Source: a virus (Duplodnaviria; Caudoviricetes). Taken from it: 56,248 nucleotides of DNA. Below are positions 10,092 through 20,234 of this stretch, in pieces; positions within the stretch are counted from its first letter, which is position 1; every line of letters begins with the position of its first letter. The stretch covers positions 1 to 56,248 of IMG/VR virus record IMGVR_UViG_3300027917_000053; one strand, written 5' to 3'. The translations under genes were made by a program, and so were the position numbers. The notes under the pieces were generated by a model. The model did no database searches. It had not been told where the DNA came from and saw nothing but the letters and a program-made list of their open reading frames with translations.

Positions 10092-10513
10092 GTGGTATAG
10101 TTGATAGGTTTAACGCTTTAGTTAAGGGGAAAAAGAAAACTCCTCAAGACTTTTTAGCAAATATTTCTTCTGGAGGAGATTTTACACGAGTTGAAGGAAT
10201 TAATGCTATTCTTAACTCTTGGAATAATATATTATTAACTCCTTTGGGATCGTATTTGGATGATCCTACTTATGGATCAGAGTTATACAGTATGATTTTT
10301 GAACCTGCAGACATGGATACACAAGAAAGAATAATTACCGAGGTTAGGGATAGACTAACTAGAGTTGACGATAGGGCTAGTATTATCAATATTGATGTGA
10401 TTTGGAAAGCTAATCAAAAAGCATTTGATGTTACTATTTTAGTTTCCTATTTGGGAGAAGAGCAAGAGTTAGTAGTTACTATTTCTGAAGGTTCTTATAT
10501 TAAGTATATGTAA
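10088..10513 (+). CDS. Baseplate wedge protein, gp25/GPW family
   Basis: AILNSWNNILLTPLGSY..DPTYGSELY..IFEP motif. Confidence 0.85.
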   Translation: MSGIVDRFNALVKGKKKTPQDFLANISSGGDFTRVEGINAILNSWNNILLTPLGSYLDDPTYGSELYSMIFEPADMDTQERIITEVRDRLTRVDDRASIINIDVIWKANQKAFDVTILVSYLGEEQELVVTISEGSYIKYM

Positions 10514-10527
10514 AGGGGAATAATATA

Positions 10528-11073
10528 ATGGATAAGTTATACTTTGCTGCAGTTAAAATGTATAAAGGACTTTTCAGGAAAAAGTTCGAAAAAAATAATA
10601 TGATTCTTGTAGTCCCTACCAAGGGAAGATTCAGCTTAGTTTTGGGGTACATGGGAAATTTTGAAAATCTTAATACTGGAGAAGATTATAAGTTAGCAGT
10701 ACTTATCCAATATTTACCCAAAGTGTTAATAGATAATTTCTTTACTACAGTTAAAGAAACTTATTCTGAAAATTTTGTAATGTTAGACGATGTAAAAGTC
10801 ACTTCTATTAAAGCTAATCCTGATGGTTCTTCAGTTCAAGTGAAAGTTGAGAAAGGAAGTTATCTAAAAGGAAGTTTAACCTTTAACTATCTACCTAATA
10901 TCTCAGATACTTCACATAGAATATATTCAGTAGAAGGATATATGCCTGATTTATTTTATGAAGAAAATCTAGAGATGCATACTATCCCATTGAAAGCAAG
11001 TGATATTAAGAGTCAATACCATGCTTTTCTCAATATGACTAAAGCAGGAACTGAATTTAATATTAGGAAATAA
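10528..11073 (+). CDS. Hypothetical protein
   Basis: ORF with SD inside the structural operon. Confidence 0.65.
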   Translation: MDKLYFAAVKMYKGLFRKKFEKNNMILVVPTKGRFSLVLGYMGNFENLNTGEDYKLAVLIQYLPKVLIDNFFTTVKETYSENFVMLDDVKVTSIKANPDGSSVQVKVEKGSYLKGSLTFNYLPNISDTSHRIYSVEGYMPDLFYEENLEMHTIPLKASDIKSQYHAFLNMTKAGTEFNIRK

Positions 11074-11077
11074 TATA

Positions 11078-11299
11078 ATGGAAAACTTCGATAAAGTATT
11101 CAATGAAGTATTAACCGAGTTTCTTAGATATCAAGGACCTACAGGGGATGAGAATTTTTCAATGCCCTTTATAAGGTATAAACTTGAAATGCCTCAAAGT
11201 GAAAGAGATAGTATAGCAGGAGTATTGAAGAAAGATTTACAAGGTAAACCTGACTATATAGTTAAATCAATTGACTTAAAAGACCAAGTGCTTTTTTAG
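11078..11299 (+). CDS. Hypothetical protein
   Basis: Short ORF packed tightly in the operon. Confidence 0.55.
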   Translation: MENFDKVFNEVLTEFLRYQGPTGDENFSMPFIRYKLEMPQSERDSIAGVLKKDLQGKPDYIVKSIDLKDQVLF

Positions 11300-11318
11300 A
11301 ATAGGATTTTAGAAAAAT

Positions 11319-11969
11319 ATGAATACACAACTTTGGTTAAGGCTTTATGATTATATAGATGACTATCTCCATTTGGTATATAAATACTATTCTAAAGACG
11401 CAGTTGCCTATCCAGTTACCTATTATAATTTAGATACAGTAAACACAGTTTGGGAAGATGAGAAACTTATGGGTGGTTCATATGACTTAGTGGGTCAGTA
11501 TACTGGAGTAAAATGGAACAAAATATTACTACTTCCTGTGTATTTCCCAGAAGAGATAAGAACTGCTTTCAACGCAGAAGAAAGAGGATTAATTAAGGAA
11601 AACGAAACCACTATAGTTATTCCCTCAGAGTATGGGATAACTCCATACGCTCATGATATGATTAAATTGTCTCAAGATGTTCTTAGACCAACGAATGATA
11701 TATATCCAATATTTGAAGTGACTGGAGTAGAGAAATCGGTAAATACAGATTTAACTTTTTGGAAAATGCGTGTTGAAATACATGAGTCAATTACTGCTAC
11801 TCAAATAAGTAATCAAGTTTCAGCTAGGTTTGTTTTCTTTAATTATACCAAGAAAATATATCCGATAGCAACTGCTCAATTTTTACAGAAACTGATGACT
11901 AAGTCAGATACATTAAACACTAGGTTAAAGAACCTTTATGATGAAAATAGTGGACTTTATTTTTTATAA
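11319..11969 (+). CDS. Structural protein, possibly neck/head-closure (gp14-like)
   Basis: Structural context and beta-rich pattern; family assignment is weak. Confidence 0.45.
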   Translation: MNTQLWLRLYDYIDDYLHLVYKYYSKDAVAYPVTYYNLDTVNTVWEDEKLMGGSYDLVGQYTGVKWNKILLLPVYFPEEIRTAFNAEERGLIKENETTIVIPSEYGITPYAHDMIKLSQDVLRPTNDIYPIFEVTGVEKSVNTDLTFWKMRVEIHESITATQISNQVSARFVFFNYTKKIYPIATAQFLQKLMTKSDTLNTRLKNLYDENSGLYFL

Positions 11970-11983
11970 AGGAGGAGAATTAA

Positions 11984-12436
11984 ATGCACCCGATTACCGA
12001 AACATATCAATTTCTAAGTGATGCCAGGTGTGCTTTAGGTATTGCTACAAAAAAAGAAAAGTTCTTCACGAATGAAGCAACTGACTATGAAATTCTATAT
12101 TATATTTTCGAAGGAAAGTTACCTAATCATAAAAATGATCCTATAATGGAGTCAGCTTATTTGGAGCAAATCAATAAAGAATTAGGTCTTTCTCTAGTTC
12201 CTTTGAGTGAGTTTAAGTTAACTTCTCAACGAAATATTATGGAACATATAGTTAATAATAATTTACTGAGTGAAGGAATTATTAAACCTTCCGTAGCAGG
12301 ACCAAGTGAAAAGACTATGGAGATCATTAGAAGATGGAGAGAAAGATCTAAAAAGATGAAAAAACCAGGAACTACTTTTGCTTCAAGATATGGTGGTGCT
12401 TTACAGAGACTTCAAAAGATTGCTAAAGTTGATTAA
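11984..12436 (+). CDS. NEATDY-family paralog 9 (conserved N-domain with a short basic tail)
   Basis: NEATDYEIL..IFEGKLP..KNDPIMESAY, VPLSEFKLTS; lacks the TM and Cys module. Confidence 0.8.
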   Translation: MHPITETYQFLSDARCALGIATKKEKFFTNEATDYEILYYIFEGKLPNHKNDPIMESAYLEQINKELGLSLVPLSEFKLTSQRNIMEHIVNNNLLSEGIIKPSVAGPSEKTMEIIRRWRERSKKMKKPGTTFASRYGGALQRLQKIAKVD

Positions 12437-12470
12437 TTTTATAGTATAATACATATAAAGGAAATAGAAA

Positions 12471-15032
12471 ATGACAGTACAGTCTACCCAGATTTACTCG
12501 TCTCGAGATAATACTAGAAACCAAATTATCTCGTATTTACAAGACTATTTAGAGTTAGAAAATGTTGATTTAACTAAGTCTTCTTTTTTGTCTTATTTGA
12601 TTAATATATTCTCTACGTTAACTAGTAATCTAATGTTTTTCTCCTCATCCGCTTATCAAGAGCAATTCATGACTTTAGCTCAATTACCTGAGAGTGTTTA
12701 CAATTTGTCAGCATTCTTAGGTTATAATGCTCAGATAGCAAATGCTACTCCTGCCGATGTAAGTGTTTTGTTTACCATTCCTTTGACTTTTACTTCAAGT
12801 TATGGTGATGGTCATATATCTTTTACTATCCCTGAGAACCATAAGTTTTATGCTGGAGATGTTATTTTTATTCCAACTTACTCAACCACAGTTACTATCT
12901 ATAATAATGCTACTGCCTCAATCGAAGCCACCAAGGATAATAAGAAATATAGTTTACCATTTACTATGGATACCACAAGTGCAAATTCTTTATATTTTGT
13001 ACTTCCCCTTGAGCAAAAAGAACCTAGAACTTCCTCAGAAGGGAATTCTTTTCAGTATACTATTCCTAATGATTTAGAGACTTATCAGTTTATTACTTTA
13101 GATGTCCCCTTTACTGAAGGAGAATTGACTGACATTGAAGTTTATGTCACCAATCCAGGTGAACCTAAAACTAGGTATACTAGGTATAGTAGTATTTATT
13201 TAATGGATTCAGAATCTGATGGATATGTCCTCCAAATTATCTCTTCTGGATATAGAATAATATTTGGAAATGGACTTATGGGAACTCAACCAAGAGCAGG
13301 AGCAATTGTTGATATTGAAGGTTATAAAACTTATGGAAGTAATGGAAATATTATTGCTGGATCACTTAGTTCTATGGACACGGTGTTAGTTGACGATGGT
13401 TCTACAACTGAAAAAGTTTTGGCTTATACTATAACTAATCCTTCCCCTGCTTCGGGTGGAGATGACTCAGAAGATATTGAAGAAGTAAGAAGTAGAGCAA
13501 TAGCAGGAATAACCACTTTAAACCGATTAGTTACTAGTGATGATTATTCAAAGTTTGACGAAATAGCTCCTACAACACCTATAACTGATCCAATAGCGAT
13601 TCTTAAGAGAAGTGATTTAAAAGTAAATGAAATCCAACTTTACACGAGGATAGATTTTAACGATGCTTTAGTTCCAACTAAAAATGCTATTCACACAGTT
13701 GCCGCTGGAGTGACTGAAATTCCAGCAGGAACTACAATTCCTATCACTACTTTGGACCCAGATACCAATACCTATGTAACTAATTATTATAGAAATCTAT
13801 TTGACATCACTATTGATAGGACTATTAATAATATCGCTTATTATGAATATGTAGTTGACGATGTTACTACTACTCCAGTTATTGACACAACTTATGACAT
13901 TTCCCCATTGTCATCTGATTTAATTTGCACAAGTGCTCGATTTGTAAGAACTGGTTATAGTATTGACGTTTTAGCCCCTTATTCTACCGAAGAAGCATTA
14001 ACTGGGATAACTGCAGTTTTAGTAAATAGAAATACTGGAGCAACTTATAATATGACTTTAGATGCTCCAAATGAGAGATTTACTTATACTTTTAGTAGTT
14101 ATCTACAACTTCAAGATTCACCAATTCAGTTTTATATCCAATTTTATAAAAATGGAAATCTATTTGTAAGATATACTACTACGGTTACTATTCGTCAAGA
14201 TTTAGATTATATGATGATGAGTAATATATCAACTGACTCTACTTCAACTATTGTTTACGATATTCCTGCTGTAAGTCGAGTTTGGTATAATAATTTAACT
14301 ACAACTCAACAATCTCAATTTGAAAGTATAGTTTTACAATCTTTAGTTGGTGATTTGGATTTAACTAATTATAGAATGTTAACAGATTTTACAAATATCA
14401 AATTTACCAATACCACTGGTTATATGTTTAATATGCTTTTAAATAGAACTTCGCAGGCTCAAGTTTTGGATATTGGATTGACTGCAATCCCAGTTTCTCC
14501 ATCAGTTGGTGATCGATATATAGTCACAGGAAATGAAGGTGGAGAATGGGAAAATCATCCTGGGGAGATTGCGGAATGTACTGACGCAACTGCAGTTACT
14601 TGGGCCTACACAACCCCAACTACAAATGACGTAGTATATATAGTTAGTAAGGATACAAGATATGTTTATAGTGAATTTGGATGGATTAAACCCACTTATA
14701 GTATCCCATTAATTATTAGCCTTGATGTATTCAAAACTAGAGACTACACAGGAACTGCAGCAGAGTTAATTAGTGCTATTAAAACTCAACTATTAGCAGA
14801 CTTTACTTCAAGATTTGGCTCAAATGTTGACATTTATCGAAGTGAAATAATAGAAAGTGTTATGGGTGTTACTGGAGTTTCTTATTGTAGACTTTTGAGA
14901 CCAAAATCAGATATTTTCTTTAATTTTGAAACTACTGATTTAACTCAAGCCCAACTACTTAGGTATAGTCCAGAATATGTTTATTTCACTTCTTCTTCAA
15001 TAAATGTCAACGTAGTTGGAGCGACAAGTTAA
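12471..15032 (+). CDS. Baseplate wedge subunit (T4 gp6 / baseplate J-like)
   Basis: AQLPESVYNL..FLGY, YRIIFGNG..G, ASGGDDSEDIEEVR, NRLVT..DY motifs. Confidence 0.85.
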   Translation: MTVQSTQIYSSRDNTRNQIISYLQDYLELENVDLTKSSFLSYLINIFSTLTSNLMFFSSSAYQEQFMTLAQLPESVYNLSAFLGYNAQIANATPADVSVLFTIPLTFTSSYGDGHISFTIPENHKFYAGDVIFIPTYSTTVTIYNNATASIEATKDNKKYSLPFTMDTTSANSLYFVLPLEQKEPRTSSEGNSFQYTIPNDLETYQFITLDVPFTEGELTDIEVYVTNPGEPKTRYTRYSSIYLMDSESDGYVLQIISSGYRIIFGNGLMGTQPRAGAIVDIEGYKTYGSNGNIIAGSLSSMDTVLVDDGSTTEKVLAYTITNPSPASGGDDSEDIEEVRSRAIAGITTLNRLVTSDDYSKFDEIAPTTPITDPIAILKRSDLKVNEIQLYTRIDFNDALVPTKNAIHTVAAGVTEIPAGTTIPITTLDPDTNTYVTNYYRNLFDITIDRTINNIAYYEYVVDDVTTTPVIDTTYDISPLSSDLICTSARFVRTGYSIDVLAPYSTEEALTGITAVLVNRNTGATYNMTLDAPNERFTYTFSSYLQLQDSPIQFYIQFYKNGNLFVRYTTTVTIRQDLDYMMMSNISTDSTSTIVYDIPAVSRVWYNNLTTTQQSQFESIVLQSLVGDLDLTNYRMLTDFTNIKFTNTTGYMFNMLLNRTSQAQVLDIGLTAIPVSPSVGDRYIVTGNEGGEWENHPGEIAECTDATAVTWAYTTPTTNDVVYIVSKDTRYVYSEFGWIKPTYSIPLIISLDVFKTRDYTGTAAELISAIKTQLLADFTSRFGSNVDIYRSEIIESVMGVTGVSYCRLLRPKSDIFFNFETTDLTQAQLLRYSPEYVYFTSSSINVNVVGATS

Positions 15033-15033
15033 A

Positions 15034-16149
15034 ATGAATATTGAGGAAATTAAAGAGGGTATATCAGAGAAAGGTCGGCAACTTCGATCTTATATTATCA
15101 GAGTAACTAGCGAGGAATTAAGTCAATTATCAGAACCTTGCTATTATCCAAAATTACATAGGTATTATTATGAACTATTAAATCTTTGTAAACTCACAGA
15201 AAAAGAATTAAAAATCTTTATTAAAGATACTTACTTTGATACTAAAGCAAGACATTTCTTATTGATTAATGAACCTTATACTAATCTTATACTTATAATG
15301 TATAAGTATTTTTTAGATGGAAAAGATTTAGTGGCAGCTCAAACTTGTATGATATTTCTTCATCTTAAATTCTATTCCAGTGTTATGAATATCAATATTA
15401 AGTATTGTAATCCCCCCGTTTTTAAAGCTGCTTTAGATAATGTTTCTCGAGCCCACCTATTTAGAAGGGAAAAAACAATTGCTAATTCTCTAATGTATTT
15501 ATCCGACCAGATATCTAGAGCATATAGAAAAGATATAGAAGAGTGGGATGTTGAAAGAATAATCCGACTAATTCAAGAGGCTAGAAGTAGAATATCTCAA
15601 AGTGTAAAATCATTTGCTAAAATCTATTATGATATAGCAAAAGGAAAAGGTGGATATAAAGCACCCCCTGAGTATGAAGAAGAGGAAGAACCATTTTCCA
15701 TGCAAGCTGAAGAGCAAGGAAGAAGACTTATAGATGGGGTAGTTCAAGACATCACTATGTATAAGAATATTGATTTAAGGGCAAGAGATGAGGCAAAAAA
15801 ATTAACGAAGATTAGTTCCACTACAGCCAAAAGATTGACTGAAGTGATGGGAAATCCAAAATTCTCTGAAAACATTTCATTATGTTTAAGTCTATTTCTT
15901 AGAGGACTTAAGAATATTTCCAACCTATGCAAGAGTGACTATTTTGATTATGTAAGAGGGTTAATGGCAGTAAAAAGATCAACTAAACCTATTTACTTTA
16001 AGCAGGAAGTGAATAAGTTAACTAAACTTTTATGCGCTGAATTTCGTTATCTCTCTACATATGAGAAACTTAGTGCTCAGTCAAAATTTATGACCAACCT
16101 ATTTATCGCTTTTTATATTACTATGTTTCTTAGAAATAAAGTATGTTAA
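15034..16149 (+). CDS. Hypothetical helical protein
   Basis: Long ORF; ATG 15034 preferred to TTG 15016; stop overlaps the stop of the convergent gene (TTAA). Confidence 0.7.
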   Translation: MNIEEIKEGISEKGRQLRSYIIRVTSEELSQLSEPCYYPKLHRYYYELLNLCKLTEKELKIFIKDTYFDTKARHFLLINEPYTNLILIMYKYFLDGKDLVAAQTCMIFLHLKFYSSVMNINIKYCNPPVFKAALDNVSRAHLFRREKTIANSLMYLSDQISRAYRKDIEEWDVERIIRLIQEARSRISQSVKSFAKIYYDIAKGKGGYKAPPEYEEEEEPFSMQAEEQGRRLIDGVVQDITMYKNIDLRARDEAKKLTKISSTTAKRLTEVMGNPKFSENISLCLSLFLRGLKNISNLCKSDYFDYVRGLMAVKRSTKPIYFKQEVNKLTKLLCAEFRYLSTYEKLSAQSKFMTNLFIAFYITMFLRNKVC

Positions 16150-17432
16150 GCAGTTGCAGTTTTCAAATCATTTATAACTTGAGGGTTTTGAGCTTCTATA
16201 TCATTTTTTCTTGTTAAATCGTTTGAAGAAGTCCTTGTTCCTGGAGGAGTTGACATATCTGCTGGTGTCTCGGGAACTCTAGCACTGGAAATCTCAGGAG
16301 TATATTTTATTTCTTGAAAAGTAAATTGCTGACTTCCATTAAGAGTTTTAGCATAATTAACCAAAGTTGGAAAATCTAAAGCATCACCAGGACCTTGGAC
16401 TAAAGTTCCATAAAGATTTCCAAATTCTATTCTAACATCAATCATTCCTATACCTTTATTCATTCCATAAAGTCCTTGATCACCACCTTTAATTATATTA
16501 ATACTTGAGACAAAAGCTGATGGTAATCCAAAAACTCCAGGACAATCAACTTTACATAAATAAGGATAATGGAATACTCCTTGGACTTTTTCGCCAGTAT
16601 GTTCATCAGTTGGAGCTTTTGGTAAAACTAATAAAAGTAAAGCTATTAAAGGAGCAATAATAAATCTCTCAGTTGCCGATTTACTTGCTGGGTTAGGATT
16701 ATATAATCTAACCGTTATAGCATACGAAACACTATAATTACTATTTTTCCAAACTTGAGGCAAATCAATTCGTCCACCAGCTAAAACTCGACTCCCTGCA
16801 CTTATTAGACTTCTAAAACTTCTACCTAAATTAGCATTTTGTTTCCCTATATTTTCAGCAAGAGTATTCAAACCCGATGTCGCAGCATTTTCAACTACCC
16901 CCACACCTTTTCCTATAAGTCCCCCAAGACCAGCCTCTCCTTTTCCTACAAAAGCATTTTTAAGTTGCGAAAATGCACTTCCTATATCAGTGGAACCTAA
17001 CATAAAACTTAATTCTCCAACTCCACCCGAAACAACATCAGCCATCTTCTCAAGAAAAGATTGACCGTATTCTGAGGAGAAAGTTTCTGAGGGGAAATTC
17101 TCTGCTAAAAATCCCACATGTAGTGGATAATTTACTGGAACCCATGTTTCTAAAACTTCACGTATAGTATCGTAATAGTCTTTCTTAAAATCTTTTTTTC
17201 CTTCTTCTTTATCTAAAGTAAAAACATGAATTCCTCCAGTAAGATGTTGTCTGCATGGATAAATTTTTACTATAGGTAACATGTTTAATCTTATTTGCTC
17301 GGAAGCATTCAACTCTGCGGCAGGAGGAAGTCCAATTGGATTAGTTGGCGATCCTATTGATTTTTGGTTAAATCCAACTTCTCTATTTCTTAATGGACTT
17401 GATTTATCAAGTGGTAATTTATAGGTTGCCAT
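16146..17432 (-). CDS. Baseplate/tail-tube initiator-like protein (gp48/gp54-like)
   Basis: PQVWKNS.YS.SY.I.VRLYNP and YPYLCKV...FVSSINIIKG...IDVRIEF resemble tube-fold proteins. Confidence 0.5.
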   Translation of the reverse strand: MATYKLPLDKSSPLRNREVGFNQKSIGSPTNPIGLPPAAELNASEQIRLNMLPIVKIYPCRQHLTGGIHVFTLDKEEGKKDFKKDYYDTIREVLETWVPVNYPLHVGFLAENFPSETFSSEYGQSFLEKMADVVSGGVGELSFMLGSTDIGSAFSQLKNAFVGKGEAGLGGLIGKGVGVVENAATSGLNTLAENIGKQNANLGRSFRSLISAGSRVLAGGRIDLPQVWKNSNYSVSYAITVRLYNPNPASKSATERFIIAPLIALLLLVLPKAPTDEHTGEKVQGVFHYPYLCKVDCPGVFGLPSAFVSSINIIKGGDQGLYGMNKGIGMIDVRIEFGNLYGTLVQGPGDALDFPTLVNYAKTLNGSQQFTFQEIKYTPEISSARVPETPADMSTPPGTRTSSNDLTRKNDIEAQNPQVINDLKTATA

Positions 17433-17469
17433 CCTTTTATTTTCCTTTTAAATCCTAGTTTTTAATAAA

Positions 17470-20163
17470 TTAAGGTGCATTATTTGGATTAACTGCTCCA
17501 TCTATTATGTCATCTGCCCAACCATATGCTTTACCTCCCGCTTCGGTTACTGCATTGGTTATTTGCTGAGCCATATTTTGGGTATTGGTTATTTGAGCAA
17601 TACTTAACCCTGCCATTTGTTTCTGGAATTTCTCCCATCCCTTCATAGTTCCACCGGAAATTTGTTCATACAATTTCCTCATTTTTTCTTCCTGAGCCAT
17701 AGCATAACCAGTGGACGTTTGTGCCACATCTCTTAACTTTTGATGCCAAAAAGGAATCTTTTCTTGAACATAATTATATCCTTCTACGACTTTACCTTGA
17801 GCATAATCATAGATAGGCATTCCATATTCACCAATTTTTTCTATCGTTTCATCGTATAAAGGTTTGTATTCTGCTATTAATTCTTTTCCTTTCTTTTTTG
17901 CTTCATTAACAAAGAATTCTGGACCTTTCTTTCCTTTTATGCCCAATTTGATGTATTCATCAGCTGTGTAGAATTTTGATCCATATTTTCTGATGGCTCC
18001 ACTTTCTCTCAGTGCTAGTCTTGTAGTTCTCAAATCCATTGGGGTCATTCCATCAGTATTACCCATTAGAGCCCAAGCGGCAGGAGTCATTTCAAACATC
18101 AATCTTTTGACAGTTGCATCTGTGGTCGATTTCATCGCTTCTTCATAGCCTTTTTTGACTCTAGTTTCTTCCCCTAATGTTGCTAAATATTCACCAAGAG
18201 TATTTTCTCCAGTAAATTTCTTTATTCCTTCATTTATCCAATTATTGATATATCCACCTACTTTATATCCAACCATTCCCGCCCCAAGAACTGCAGCAAC
18301 TTGCCCGGTAGCTTGTAAAACAGCAGGATTAGTTAAAACCGCAGTTAAACCTTCTTTTACGTTCCCTGCTATATTCTTTAACGCATCAGCGGCTTTTCCG
18401 AATAATCCTGCAGCACCTTCTTTTCCTTTTTCTTTTAAACTAGCCAATCTTTCTTTTAACTTTTCCCATCTAGTTTTTTCTCTATTTTCTTCTAATGTTA
18501 TTCCTGACCAATGACGAATTTGGGATACATCTTCTTGAATTTTCATTAAACTTTGGGCAGTTAAAACTTCGGGTGAAACATTGGCAGCAACTCCCAGTTT
18601 TGCTTGGGCACTTTTTCTTTCTTTACTTGCTTTAGTCCCCGGAATGAAACTAGAAACTTCCCTACTTAAAACACTCATTCCCATTTTGTTGACTAACCAA
18701 GATAAGCCTCGACCCCCAGTTTTCCTCCAAATAGTCCAACCGCCTTTTTCTGGGTCTTTCATCTCTGCCCCTTGAGCTTGACCAATTTGTTTTAGATAAA
18801 AGTTAACTTTATCTAACTGAGTCATAACTCCTGTGTATATCATCCCAAGTAACACTGAGTTATATTGAGCAGGAGATTGTGCTTTTTTCGGAGTAGGGAC
18901 TTTATATTTAATACCAAACTTCTTAAAGAATATAAGTTTAAAAGGAGACCAAACCCATTTAAAAGCAGTAGTAAAAGTTTTTCCTATAGTTTTCAATGTA
19001 GACATTAAAGTTCTAGCAAGGACTGATTTAGCAACTGCATATTCAAAAGCTCTTCTAATTCCTCCAAGTAATCCAATTTTTTGAGATTCTTTACTTGCTA
19101 AAGCATCCCTAAGTTGATAAAGAATTAAGAGGACCTGGTCATTAAATGATCGTCTCATAGGGAAGAGTTCATGGAAAAGTAAAGTAGTAAATTCTTTTCC
19201 AAAACCCATCTTTCTTGGGGCCATTTGGGCACGTTTTCTTTTACTAAACCAAGTTCCAGGAGAAGTTAATTTAAATCCTCTTCTTTCTTCCCCGGTAACA
19301 TTATAACCAAACATTGTCCAATCTTTTTGAGTTTGGGTTTTTGTATATTCTCCAAAATGTTGGACAAACTTTTCAAATATGTCGGTTTTTGCTCCACCAT
19401 ATCTCTCTAATTGTCGAGCATTAATAATGACTTGATTAGCAGTAATGTGAATTGTGGCTTTTCCCCCAGCCCTCTTCATCTCATCTAATTCGCCACGTTC
19501 ACTTGGGCCTGCTCCTGAGCCAAGATCCGACATTACTCCTTCAAAATCAATCGCTCCACCCCCACCACCTTTTCTCTTGGAATATCTAGCCCCTCCCATT
19601 CCTGGGGTCCCACCTTTTCTTCTTTTTAAGAAACCTCCAATTGACGAAAAGAAGGCCCCTGCTTTTTCTTTCGCTCCACTAAACATCCTTTTCCATATAT
19701 CCATCTCAAAAACTTTAGAGACGAAATATCCCATAAGAGGACTAGAGCGAGCTAGCATGAGAGAAACGAAAGTTTTCTTATTTACATTGATGTCTTCTTT
19801 AATAGCACTTGTGTATTGAGAAACTGCGTCAATAGATGCTTTTCCTACTGCTTGAGTCGCTTTAACCGCACCTTCCGCAAGACTCTTTACTACTATTCCC
19901 ATTTTAGCAAGAAATTTATGACTTTCTTTTACGACTTTATCGACATCAGTGGCAAGGGTTTTTAGTTCGGATTGTTGTTTTTTGATATCATTTATGGCTT
20001 TAGTGGAACCAATAGAACCACGACCTTTTCCTACTGCTTTAGTATAGTCAGACTCAACTTTTCTTGCTTCATTTATGGCTTTATTAATATTAAAGTTTGC
20101 TCCGCCTGGTCTTCCACCCCTACCAGCTGAGCGAAAAGAAGCGTCTAACTTATTAATTGCCAT
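17470..20163 (-). CDS. Large K/G/A-rich helical protein, tape-measure-like
   Basis: 897 aa, low-complexity helical, GAGMVGYKVG motif, adjacent to baseplate genes. Confidence 0.5.
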   Translation of the reverse strand: MAINKLDASFRSAGRGGRPGGANFNINKAINEARKVESDYTKAVGKGRGSIGSTKAINDIKKQQSELKTLATDVDKVVKESHKFLAKMGIVVKSLAEGAVKATQAVGKASIDAVSQYTSAIKEDINVNKKTFVSLMLARSSPLMGYFVSKVFEMDIWKRMFSGAKEKAGAFFSSIGGFLKRRKGGTPGMGGARYSKRKGGGGGAIDFEGVMSDLGSGAGPSERGELDEMKRAGGKATIHITANQVIINARQLERYGGAKTDIFEKFVQHFGEYTKTQTQKDWTMFGYNVTGEERRGFKLTSPGTWFSKRKRAQMAPRKMGFGKEFTTLLFHELFPMRRSFNDQVLLILYQLRDALASKESQKIGLLGGIRRAFEYAVAKSVLARTLMSTLKTIGKTFTTAFKWVWSPFKLIFFKKFGIKYKVPTPKKAQSPAQYNSVLLGMIYTGVMTQLDKVNFYLKQIGQAQGAEMKDPEKGGWTIWRKTGGRGLSWLVNKMGMSVLSREVSSFIPGTKASKERKSAQAKLGVAANVSPEVLTAQSLMKIQEDVSQIRHWSGITLEENREKTRWEKLKERLASLKEKGKEGAAGLFGKAADALKNIAGNVKEGLTAVLTNPAVLQATGQVAAVLGAGMVGYKVGGYINNWINEGIKKFTGENTLGEYLATLGEETRVKKGYEEAMKSTTDATVKRLMFEMTPAAWALMGNTDGMTPMDLRTTRLALRESGAIRKYGSKFYTADEYIKLGIKGKKGPEFFVNEAKKKGKELIAEYKPLYDETIEKIGEYGMPIYDYAQGKVVEGYNYVQEKIPFWHQKLRDVAQTSTGYAMAQEEKMRKLYEQISGGTMKGWEKFQKQMAGLSIAQITNTQNMAQQITNAVTEAGGKAYGWADDIIDGAVNPNNAP

Positions 20164-20186
20164 TAATCTATCTCCTTTTAACTTCG

Positions 20187-20227
20187 ACTATATATATTAA
20201 TATTAAACGAGTCCGAAGGACTTTCGA
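20187..20227 (-). promoter_or_regulatory. AGTCC-GAA-GGACT hairpin plus TATATATA element (copy 1)
   Basis: A near-identical element occurs at 38131-38169. Confidence 0.45.
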
Positions 20228-20234
20228 GATTTTT

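Noticed and set aside
18155-19819. Plus-strand ORFs inside the tape-measure-like gene, and similar antisense or nested ORFs at 1704, 4696, 6775, 8483, 12802, 15744, 20294, 22003, 28898, 39634, 44325, 44474, 48282, 48772, 53036 and 55486
   Set aside because: Antisense or alternative-frame shadows of long genuine genes, with no independent support.
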